Below, one piece after another: positions 26,960 to 38,276 of a stretch of DNA of 64,000 nt (position 1 is its first letter; each line of letters opens with the position of its first letter). A model generated the notes under the pieces. It did no database searches. It was not told the DNA's origin and worked only from the letters and a program-made list of their open reading frames with translations. Where the stretch lies: the NCBI GenBank assembly GCA_964016885.1, contig OZ024745.1, positions 72,168,001-72,232,000 on the forward strand. The letters run 5' to 3'. The position numbers were made by a program, and so were the translations under genes. Source of the DNA: Eledone cirrhosa (taxonomy: Eukaryota).

Positions 26960-26991
<32 letters not shown>

Positions 26992-27232
26992 ATATATATT
27001 CGTTTCTGAATTTGTTTAGCAAGATTCTTTATCTGAAAACGTGTGTTGAAACCGATATTGTTATACTTTGGGGGGGGGGGGTCATGTTGCCAATAAGAAA
27101 CACACGCACCAGATGCTTTCACTCCAATTTATTATGAATTAAAAAAAATAAAAATAAAAATAAATAAAAAATAAATTTTTTTTATAAATTTCCGGTTGGT
27201 TGGTTCCACAACCGGGCGGTTGTTCATATATT

Positions 27233-27274
27233 GTCAAAGTTCTTTCAAACACATTCTGTGACCTCATCAGTGAC
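27233..27274 (-). ncRNA. Hammerhead F3 (stem II damaged)
   Basis: GUCA-CUGAUGA-G-GUCAC..GUUU-GAAA-GAAC-UU-UGAC. Confidence 0.7.
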
Positions 27275-27736
27275 TGGGGATTCTTTTCTTTGTTTTGTGC
27301 CTCTCCTTTGTTCTGTCCTACGCCATCTTATTTTTGTGTGTGTTGTGTGGTTAGTTTGCGCGTGTGTTACATCCGGGTGTCTGTGTGTGCTTTTATTTGT
27401 TTATTTACATGTTACTGGTTGGTGGTTCTTTGTTTTATATGTGTGTGTTTTCATTTTGTCCTTAATTGTAAATTGTGATGTTGGTATTCCATTCATGTTT
27501 TCTATTTAATTTTGGTTGAAGGTCATTTATGTTTATAGCCTCCGTGATTTGTCTAAACATGGCGTCTTTTCTGTGTAGATCTTATTTTTATTTCTATGTT
27601 CTCCAATTTCCCCTTATGTTCTATTTTAGCATGTTGGTGGAGTATTGTTGATTCTTTTCTATCTTGAAGCTCTCGCCAGTGTTCATTTAACCGTTCGGTT
27701 AAAAGGAGAGGCACAAAACAAAGAAAAAAATCCCCA

Positions 27737-27779
27737 GTCACTGAAGTGGTCACAGAATGTGTGACGAAAGAACTTTGAC
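27737..27779 (+). ncRNA. Hammerhead F3 (A9U)
   Basis: GUCA-CUGAAGU-G-GUCAC(AGAAUGU)GUGAC-GAAA-GAAC-UU-UGAC. Confidence 0.7.
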
Positions 27780-27937
27780 AATATATGAACAACCGTCCGT
27801 TTGTGGAACCAACCAACCAACCGGAAATTTATAAATTTTTTGAAAAAAAAAAAAAATTTTTTTAAATTCATAATAAATTGGTGTCAAAGAAACTGGTGCG
27901 TGTGTTTCTTATTGGCAACATGACCCTCCCAAAGTAT

Positions 27938-27999
<62 letters not shown>

Positions 28000-28319
28000 C
28001 GTTCTAGTTTTGACTCTCCCATTCATTTTTGCAAGATGTGATATAGCGTGTTCTAATGCATTTGCTTTCTTATTTGACGTAGGTGGGCTTTGATTTGTGA
28101 ATAAAACTATTTATAAACAATAAATCAAGTTTTTTTCTCTCGCTTCTGCACTGCTCAGTTGTTAATGCTCTATCCCATTTTCTTTCGGTTCATTACATTT
28201 GATTTATTACATATTGCTACTCAACATACATTCTTCCTTTCTCTGATTTTTGGCTACACACATACACACACACGCAGACAGACACACAGACACATATATG
28301 TATATATATATATATCCGT

Positions 28320-28373
<54 letters not shown>

Positions 28374-28388
28374 CATACATACATACAT

Positions 28389-28442
<54 letters not shown>

Positions 28443-28544
28443 GTTATATAATGGTCCCGTGTAAACAATCCTTCTAGGTTAAATCATAACAAATGCGATT
28501 TTTCTCGGCATTAAAGCTGAATATACAAAACATTATTATATGTT

Positions 28545-28580
28545 ACGCGGGAGGCCCAGGTTCAATTCCCAGCCGATGCA
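28545..28580 (+). pseudogene. 3' half of a tRNA-Gly-like gene (shorter second copy at ~28874-28900)
   Basis: ACGCGGGAGGCCCAGGTTCAATTCCCAGCCGATGCA resembles the 3' half of eukaryotic tRNA-Gly(GCC). No CCA; TTTT about 10 nt downstream. Confidence 0.7.
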
Positions 28581-28633
28581 CATGATACCCTTTTGCTGTA
28601 TAAAAGATTTCATGTATTTTTTTTTTATATAAG

Positions 28634-28805
28634 GGCGGTGGATTGGCAGTATCGGTAGAGGGTCGGACGCCATGCTTTGCAGCAAATATGGTCTGAGTTC
28701 AAATCCTGCCGGGGTTAACTTTGCCTTTCATCCTTACAGGGTCGATAAAATAAAGTATCAGTAATACACTGGGTAATTGCTGGCCTTGTGCCAAAAGTAG
28801 AAAAA
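28634..28805 (+). mobile_element. tRNA-derived SINE with Meta-like central domain
   Basis: A-box-like TGGCAGTATCGG, B-box GAGTTCAAATCC, CTTTCATCCTT..GGGTCGATAAAATAAAGTA core. Confidence 0.85.
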
Positions 28806-28952
28806 ATTATTATATGTTACTTATGGATTGGTAGTATCGGTAGAGCCGCAGACACCACGCGTTATAGAGTTATGGCCAGGTTCAATTCCCAGCCGATGCA
28901 CATGATACCCTTTTGCTGTATAAAAGATTTCATGTATTTTTTTTTTATATAC

Positions 28953-29127
28953 GGGCGGTGGAATGGCAGTATCGGTAGAGGGTCGGACGCCATGCTTTGC
29001 AGCAAATATGGTCTGAGTCAAAATCCCGCCGAGGTTAACTTTGCCTTTCATCCTTCCGGGGTCGGTAAAATAAAGTACCAGTAATGCACTGGGATAATTG
29101 CTGTCCTTGTGCCAAAAGTAGAAAATT
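28953..29127 (+). mobile_element. Second copy of the same SINE (tandem duplication, period ~320 bp)
   Basis: Near-identical to 28634-28805, including the upstream flank. Confidence 0.85.
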
Positions 29128-29614
29128 GTATGTTACTTAGCTCTGTATTTGATATAAAAAATGTGGGGTTTCAATGTTTAATCCCAAGTTCCTGTTTGTC
29201 TGTCTGTCTGTATGGCTGTCAAATCACTAAAACTCGAGAACCGCCCAACCGAGTTTTTATGGTCCCGTGAGTGTTTTGAGCACAAACATTTCAAATTTTA
29301 AATGCCCTGGGGACTGCATTAGGCGATTTAGCGATCTCTCTCTATAATTATTAGTCTTTCTCTTTTTAGATAGATACATAGTTATAACGTCGCGCCCTTA
29401 TAATATCTGTCTGTATGCCTGACTGTCTGCATTACGTCATTATGACGCGATCAATGTGTGTGTGTATATATGTATATATATAGTGTGTGTATATATATAT
29501 ATATATTCTTATGCCAGGGAATGTCTTCACGAACCAAAGTGTCGTCTTCCTGTTTTCCTTCGGTTGCAACGTTTTTCGAAATATTTACATTTGCGTTCAC
29601 ATATTGATTTTTTT

Positions 29615-29665
29615 AGTTTCAGAAGATCCCGTTAAGGGTGAAAGCAGCGATTCTTTGCTTAAACT
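29615..29665 (+). ncRNA. Hammerhead F4 (core CAGAAGA, full stem III)
   Basis: AGUUU-CAGAAGA-UCCC(GUUAA)GGGU-GAAA-GCA..UGC-UU-AAACU. Confidence 0.65.
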
Positions 29666-29841
29666 TTAATATGCTATTTTAATATAGATATTCGTGTACA
29701 GATATTTTTGCATACATAAACACAAAATATAAACAAAAAAGGCCGGCGATTAAATAATCACATGCATCACTGACAGATATTTTTACATACACAAAACATT
29801 TCGAAATATTTACTTCTGCTTTCACAGATTGATTTTTTTTT

Positions 29842-29892
29842 AGTTTTCAGAAGATCCCGTTAAGGGTGAAAGCAGCGGTTCTTTCTTAAACT
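29842..29892 (+). ncRNA. Hammerhead F4, tandem copy (stem III lacks one G)
   Basis: Same motif 228 nt downstream of the first. Confidence 0.55.
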
Positions 29893-29924
29893 TTAATCTG
29901 TTATTTTAATATATATATATATAT

Positions 29925-30064
29925 AAAACAAAGGAATTGTGGTAAGGAACCAGATGGACCATAACGCACCAGAGTACTCAATACTTAGGGTAGTTGAGTG
30001 GGAAATAGTCCAGAAATAGCCGTCGAAACGGCTTGAGCTCTGCCGTCGGGGTCATACTTTTTCC
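29925..30064. mobile_element. F5 module with a 3' half-hammerhead, between TA tracts
   Basis: Homologous to 46868-47083. Contains GAAACGGC(UUGAGCUCU)GCCGUC-GGGGUC. Confidence 0.65.
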
Positions 30065-31699
30065 TATATATATATATATATATATATATAATTATATATA
30101 CGTGTACAGATATTTTTGCATATGCAATAACAAAATATAAACAAACGTATTTATTTCACGAGGCTCGATAACGATAGATATATATCAAATATATAAGAAC
30201 CCTAGCGCAAATCCCGAGCAACGCCGGGCCATTCTGCTAGTACTTTCTAAAAATAATTTCCTTTGATGTGATATAGTTAAGCTAAATTTAAAGTTGCGGT
30301 TTCGTTGGCGTTAAGCGGCAGAAAGTATATGTCCATCACAGGGTTAAAACCGATCTTATGTTTGTTCTCATATTCTTCGGTTGAATAAAGTGTCTATCCC
30401 AAGTTACAAAACTCTTCAAGTAGTCCAGGAAACGAACTCATCAACTCTACAACCGTGGGCGCCCAATATTTTAACTACTTAGGCCGTACATGTTCAATGT
30501 AATGTATGGAGTATGGAAATATAAATGAAATCAGAATTAGACTGATTTTCAGATAAGTTGGTAAGCAATAAAATTGATATCAGTTAAGTTCATATCAACA
30601 GCTGGTATCAAACATTGTACATCAAACATTTAACGCATACATGTTCAGTCAAATGTCATTTAGATTCTTTTACTGCAATGAACGCGTGAAGCAATGCTGA
30701 CTAATACTATCATATCGCTTTTACATAAATCCATACAATTGTTTGCTCGTCTATATCTGTTTATGGATTCAAACGGCTACCAAGGGGATAGAATGTGTTG
30801 AAATTCGTTTAGCAGAAATTTTTAATATTCAGGGAAACATTATTTTAATTAAATAAAAACCAACACGAAATAAAAATTCAACATTAAATAAAATTTAACA
30901 CCACCATCTGGTTCTTAGACGAATTCAGTGGAGTGTTTTATATTGCAAATGTGCAAACGAATGCACAGTTACATCTGCGTGCAGAATTTCTTTTTGCAGA
31001 CCTGCAGATGTTCAGGTTGGGCATTACTCATATCAGAATTGCTCCGGGGCGTAGGCAAAGATCATGAGAACTGAGATGTCTTTCTTCATTCTTTCATGAC
31101 TGTATCCCCCAAATAATAATGATAATTTAAGAAGCTAGTTGTGTTAGGTAGCAATAGAATTAACATATTTTCTAGCAGTATTAGAAAGAAATTTAAAATT
31201 TCATTATTATATGATTCCCTACACACTACAAGGTGAATGTCTAACACTTTCCAGCTGCCGTTTCTCAGTCAGCCACGGAAACGGTCACCTATGTCATAAT
31301 GAATGAGATTCTTGCGCCAGAAACTGTGTGTATGGATGGTGGTTGTTTAACATTTTCAGAGAATATTCCGTATGTGCTTATTTGCCATATCAGTTTGTGT
31401 TCTCAGTTCTGCACATAGAAATATATAGTGTATATAAGACCACAAATTCTAACACAACCAATGGAAGCCCTACTTAAAATGATAGCTCATAGGTTCCTTT
31501 ATTTGAAATTTCACTTATTTTGATTGCTTCTGAACGAGCTTGTCAGATTTAGGATTGCGAATCCACCAAGTAATCAGAAAAAAGACAAATTGTCTTGGTA
31601 TTATGAACAATCGATGTCGATTGTTCATAATACCAATCTAAATCAGGAAACTATTATTCCTATCGTAAATAACTTCTCCAATCCAATTCCTCCTATAAA

Positions 31700-33510
31700 T
31701 AACACTACGTCACTTGTTAATAACTCTGTTAATCTCTCTAATCGCAATTGTAATTGCTCTGTAAAACTAAATGTCCTCTCAATAACCATTGTCTTGAAAA
31801 AAACTTAGTCTATGAATGTAAAATTATAACTGATACCAATTCCTTTACCTATTTCGGTTCCACTTCCACCTCATTCAAAGTGAGATTTTATAATCACAAT
31901 TCTTCTTTTAAATACCAACTTAAAAGAACTAACACGGCACTCTCAGAACTCATATGGCCCTTGAAAGACAAAAATATTAACTATAACATCTCTTGGAGGA
32001 AAGTTTGTTCTGCCTCTCCCTACTTAATGCCTCCCTATCTAGAACGTGTAATCTTTGTTTATCTGAGAAATTTACCATTATATCTAATTTAGATTCTATA
32101 ATAAATAGACGCACTGATTTATTTTCTCTCTGCTTGCATACGTTCCACAGAACATTCCATAAAGTATGCAGCTAATATCTAATACTTTACTAGTTTAAAA
32201 TCCTTTTTCTCAAAGGCTTATATATATATTTCTTTAAAAATATACCCATCTTTCTACCTTATTTCAATATTATTTATTATACATTATATAATACTAGTTA
32301 CTCATTCTATATCATTCCTCTTTATCACTTTCCTTTCTTCCTCTTTTCTTTCTTCTTTTTTCTTTTTAATTTCTAACCTCTATATCTGTACTTTTCTTCC
32401 TAACCACTTCTCAATTCTTATTATTACTCACCACAACATATCCACTCTTCCATCTTTCTTCATATCATTGGCCATAAAAATGATTATTACCTTTTAAATA
32501 CATTATAGTCCTTCGTAAACATAAACATTTTTTTTTTTGACGTTAGATTTTTCTTCCTTAGTTCCTTATATTTGTGTTTCCTTTCATGCTCGTCTGATTT
32601 TTACATATTACATACTACAATACATAGAAACAAACCCTAACTAATCTCCTTTATTATATTATATTATTACCATTAGAAAATATTTCGTAAACATATATAT
32701 TTTGATGTTAGATTTTTTTCTTTCTTAAACATTATTGTCTTCTTTGTTTTCTGCGCTCATTTGTAAACAAACTATTTACATATATTACGCACACATATTA
32801 CATTACATAAAAACAAACTTAAACACTAAATAATTCCTCTAAATTCATAACTCATCCACTCTTCTACTTCTTTTCTCAGTATATCCTTAATAACATTAAT
32901 ATTTTAATTTTAATAATACATATTAACAATTTCTTTTCCTCGCACATATTATTAAACCCTTCAATTTAATATTATTCTTAACCCCCCTTTTTCTCTTCAT
33001 CAACTTTTAATTTCAAATTCTTTTAAATTATCTGTTATCTTCCAACGGCTTTTTAATTTCTCTTTGTGAGCCAATATATATTTTTCTCAGTTGTAAATGT
33101 TATCTCTCTTTCTCTATCACCCATCTCTCCTCCTCTCTCATCCTTCCTTCTTATACTCCTTCCCCACCATTCTCTACTCTCATCTCCTCCTCTTTCTCAC
33201 CCTTTCCACCCCCCTCACTTTTTCCCAATATCACACATCAATCTTAAATTATTTTTCATATGTTCATTTAAAACTTCACTATTCACAAGTGTTTTTTAAC
33301 CTTCATATCATGTATCCCTATTTTATCTGATGAAAACGCAGATATCATCTCATGATGATATTTGTTTTTGAAATGCGCATAATAAAATACTTGGAACTCT
33401 TTTAACGATCTTTTGATCTTATATTATTTATACTCCAGTCCTACAAACTGTAGAGTGCTACTTATCCGATATTTGCATTGCTTTATTGTACTACAATAAA
33501 AGTCACCTCC

Positions 33511-33513
<3 letters not shown>
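31700..33513 (+). mobile_element. 5'-truncated PLE (family F6): GIY-YIG remnant, long pyrimidine-rich 3' region, HHR and tail
   Basis: CNC..CPLNNHCLEKNLVYECKI..TYFGSTSTSFKVRFYNH..CNLCLSEK (31754-32175). HHR at 33319. Confidence 0.88.
33319..33389 (+). ncRNA. Hammerhead F6, canonical core
   Basis: UAUUUUAU-CUGAUGA-long stem II (GCAGAUAUCAUC/GAUGAUAUUUGU)-GAAA-UGCGCA (palindrome)-UA-AUAAAAUA. Confidence 0.88.
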
Positions 33514-34125
<612 letters not shown>

Positions 34126-34645
34126 GTGATTAACCTGCAATAGAGATTTTAATGCTTGGATATGCAACATCAAAGATATGCTGTGAATAACTACGTTCAT
34201 TATGACTACAGATGGGACTATTTCTTCGGTGCAAGACTAACATTTCTTCAAATATTCGCCCCCAATATGACTCATATTTTGATTAGCAAACAATTCCTCT
34301 GTGTCTCTACATATCTATATTGGTATGTTCTAGGACAGTTTGAGACGAGTGGTTATCAGTTAGACTTTCTAACTAAGTAATGAAACCTACGTAAATATAG
34401 ATAAAAATGGTATTGAAAGCTATATGAATGTACATATCTATGCATGCACATATGGATAACTTTATACGTCTGCAGAAAGACGCACAAACACCCACACATA
34501 CTTGCACGCATGTATACATATATACACACACACACTCACAAACACATTTCTGTCTCTGTCTGTTTGTCTGGTCTGTCTGTCTCTCTCTCTCTCTATATAT
34601 ATATACATATATATATATGTGTGTGTGTGTATATATATATGTGTG

Positions 34646-34718
<73 letters not shown>

Positions 34719-34721
<3 letters not shown>

Positions 34722-34761
34722 AACGAGTAGGACCCCGACGGCTGAGCTCAAGCCGTTTCGT
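34719..34761 (-). mobile_element. 43-bp F5 insertion (3' half-hammerhead only) in (TA)n
   Basis: Reverse complement reads CGAAACGGCTTGAGCTCAGCCGTCGGGGTCCTACTCGTTCC, with TA repeats on both sides. Confidence 0.7.
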
Positions 34762-34889
34762 ATATATATATAGTGTTAGAGTGAAATACTGTTCTATTGT
34801 AGCAATTCAATTATCATGCCGACGAGGCGATATTCACATACTGTTTCTACGGATGTTATACCATGTAATTGTACAATAATTTAGGAAGG

Positions 34890-35115
34890 TTAAAAGATTC
34901 CCATTCGTGGGTGGCCTTGATTAGGTTATTTAAATCTCTTTCAGCGGATGCATTTGATGTTAGTACACTACAAAGGCATGGAAATTGTTCAACATCGTCC
35001 GGGTCCAGTCCGCTGATGATGAATTTGGCTCTAGATGGTGGTTGGTGCCCCGGTCTTGGTTGGAGGAGGACCTTTGTTTTTTCCACGTTGATAGTGAGTG
35101 TGTAGCGCACCCTGG
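34890..35115 (-). mobile_element. Old RTE RT fragment
   Basis: LTINVEKTKVLLQPRPG..VEQFPCLCSVLT parallels LTVSHKKTVVMYQPEPG..VDQFVYLGSTV in the RTE at ~7110-7250. Confidence 0.75.
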
Positions 35116-35198
35116 GCTAACACAAATATTAAATATGATGTTTATAAACTACTAATGTATTGAGAACCTTACTTACTGCAATTATCCCCGATTGAATT

Positions 35199-38028
35199 CG
35201 GCAATGACTTGATGCCTGAGGCGGAACAGACTAAGACATTCTTGAGAGGAATATGGGAGCAGGATGTTGAACATAATGATCAGGCAGTGTGGATTGAGAC
35301 AGTACAAAAGGAGATTAGTGAACAAGCACACCAACAAACTGATTTAAGTATCACAGTTGAAACTCTTAAAGGGAAGGCCAAAAAACTAACCAACTGGAAA
35401 TCACCAGGCCCAGATGGTGTGCAGGGGTATTAGATTAAACATATAACATCCCTCCACCCGAAACTGACAATCATGCTCAATGACTGCTTGATGTCGGGTG
35501 AGGTACCAGAGTGGTTGACAAAAGGTTCCACAGTCCTGGTAATGAAAGACCGAATCAAGGGTAATGATGTTACCAACTATAGGCCTATCACATGTCTATC
35601 CGTAATGTGGAAACTGTTAACAAGCATTATGTCTGAGGAAATCTACCATCACCTCCGCACAAACAACTTGTTACCGGAGGAACAGAAAGGATGCTGAAAG
35701 AAGTCCCATGGTACAAAAGACCAGCTACTTATTGATAATATGGTAATGAGGAATTGCAAGAGGAGGCATACTGGTCTTGCCATGGGATGGATAGACTACA
35801 AAAAGGCATTCGACATGGTACCTCATTCTTGGATAACCAAAAGCCTAGAGATCTTCAAGGTGGCAGATAACATCAGACAGTTGTTGAGCAAAAGTATGAA
35901 GTCCTGGGAAACAGAATTAACATCGGGTGGAGAATCCTTGGGAGGCGTGAAGATCAAGAGAGGTATCTTCCAGGGAGATAGTCTGTCCGCTCTGTTGTTT
36001 GCCCTGATACCCCTGACCATAATACCACGAAAAGTGAGAGCAGGATACAAGTTGGGAAAAGGAGAGCCTACCATCAACCACCTCCTCTTCATGGACGATC
36101 TTAAACTCTTTGGGAAGAGTGAGAGGAGTTGGATGTACTTGTTGACACTGTCCGTATTTTCAGCAGTGATATATGTATGCAATTTGGTATTAATAAGTGT
36201 GGAGTGCTAGTGATGAAGAGGGGTACATTGAGCAGAAGCAACGGAATCCAGGTACCAACAGGTGAGATGATAAAGGAAATCGACACTGAAGAAGGATACA
36301 AATATTTAGGTGTTCTGGAGGCAGATGACATCAAGAACAAAAAAATGAAGGAATTGATAAGATCTGAGTACATTAGGAGAGTAAGGGGCGTATTAAAATC
36401 ACATCTAAATAGTAGGAATGTCATAAATGCAGTGACTTCCAGAGCAGTGTCTATTATTAGGTACAGTGCGGGAATTCTGAAATGGAATGTTGCTGAACAA
36501 AAAGAAATGGATAGGAAGACTAGGAGGCTATTGACTATCTACAACATGTTCCACAAGAGGAGTGATGTCGATAGACTCTACTTAAAGAGATCTGAAGGTG
36601 GAAGAGGTCTTATCAGGATAGAGGATAGAGGATAGAGGATATATTGCGAAAAGTGAGAGCAGGATACGAGTTGGGAAAAGGAGAGCTTACCATCGACCAT
36701 CTCCTCTTCATGGAAGATCTTAAACTCTTTGGGAAGAGTGAGAAGGAGTTGGATGTACTTGTTGACACTGTCCGTATTTTCAGCAATGATATATGTATGG
36801 AATTTGGTATTAATAAGTGTGGAGTCCTAGTGATGAAGAGGGGTAAATTGAGCAGAAGGTAGAGTGCAGGAATTCTGAAATGGAATGTTGCTGAACAAAA
36901 AGAAATGGATAGGAAGACTAGGAAGCTATTGACTATCTACAACGTGTTCCACAAGGGGAGCGATGTCTATAGACACTACTTAAAGAGATCTGAAGATGGA
37001 AGAGGTCTTATCAGGATAGAGGACTGTGTTTAGATAGAGAAAAACAACCTACACAAATATGTGACTGATAGTAGGGCGCCAATGCTCAAAATTGTACTGA
37101 AGGAGAAGACAATAGACCAGGGAATGTCCAAGGAGGAAATAACAACAAGGAGAAAGAGCAACCTTCATGAAAAATCCCTTCATAGTACCTTCTTTAAGAA
37201 AACTGAATTTAGAGATCCATAGACAAGGAACTGGTTAAAAAGAGGAGACCTTAAAAAGGCTACAGAAGGAATGCTAATGGCTGTGCAAGAGCAGGCCCTC
37301 AAAACGAAGTGGATGAAACACCATAATTACAAGGAGGAGGCTAGCTCACTGTGTAGGATCTGTGGAGAGAGAGAGAGAGGAGACTGTGGCTCACATTGTA
37401 TCCGAGTGTAAACACCTAGCCCAGACTCACTATAAAGGCTGGAGACATGATGTGATAGGCAGGGTGATCCACTGGTACCTATGCAAAGTAAATAATTTAC
37501 CACATTCTGAGAAGTGGTATGACATAAGCCAGAGTCGGTGATAGAAAACGATCAGGTGAAGGTGCTATGGGATTTTAGGATACAGACGGACAAGAAATTA
37601 GAACACAATAGGCCTGACCTGGTGGTTTTGGACATGGAAAAAAGATCGTGCCTGATTGTAGATGTAGCCTGCCCATTCGACACGAGAGTGCAAGAGAAGG
37701 AGAGGGAGAAAATTAACCGATACCAGGACTTAAAGTGGGAGTTAAAAAGGATTTGGAACTGCCATGAAGTCAGAGTCATCCCGATTGTAATAGGCGCACT
37801 AGGTACTATCTCAAAGAGTTTCCAAGGATGGTTACAGAAGATTAGTCCAGCCCCGCTTTTTGGAACACTTCAAAAAGCATGATTGCTGGGAACAGTAAGA
37901 ACCCTCCGATACGTCCTGGATGTCTGAGGTTGCAGGTAGTGGCTTGATATTCTTTTCAACAAACCTTCCACTTAAATAACATCAATGACTGAGACTCAAA
38001 GAACAATAATAATAATAATAATAATAAT
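35199..38028 (+). mobile_element. 5'-truncated, decayed copy of the R4/Dong family with an internal duplication and (AAT)n tail
   Basis: Collinear with the reverse complement of ~50-2455. Many stops. 36644-37020 re-runs 36027-36625 with a deletion at ~36860. Confidence 0.92.
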
Positions 38029-38276
38029 GATTTCATTTATTGGCCACAAGGGCCGATATATAGGGGACAATTCAAAAGACTGGGACAGTGGGGGTTTACA
38101 TATACAACGTGAAAACAATATAAATAACAATAACAAAATAACAATAAAATACAAGGAAATTCCCCAATAGGGGGATGACCACCCAAGTTTCACTCAGGCA
38201 CCCCACCAATCCTGAACGACCTGACGCCTCGAGAGCACCCGGGAAGGGCACTCCTCTCCTCCTCAAATTCACCCAC

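Larger units (their letters stand above)
22131..26960 (-). mobile_element. Penelope-like element: long minus-strand copy (22131-~25200) plus an inverted 5'-truncated copy (25218-26960)
   Basis: 22131-23739 is the reverse complement of 25218-26926. RT and GIY-YIG motifs on both arms. (TA)n on both flanks. Confidence 0.93.
26999..27943. mobile_element. PLE-derived inverted module (family F3) with a GIY-YIG remnant
   Basis: Minus arm 26999-27700 encodes LTERLNEH..STILHQH (GIY-YIG C-half). Plus arm 27701-27943 is inverted. TA tracts on both sides. Confidence 0.85.
29142..30240 (+). mobile_element. Non-autonomous Helitron-like element with nested HHR modules
   Basis: 5' TC..(GTCT)n..AAAACTCGAGAACCG. 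3' hairpin CCCGAGCAACGCCGGG followed by CTAG|T at 30237-30241. Confidence 0.65.

Noticed and set aside
27030-27060. CUGAAAAC..GAAAC as an additional hammerhead (also ~49100)
   Set aside because: Lacks G8 and a proper stem III/UH; it is part of the F3 tail.
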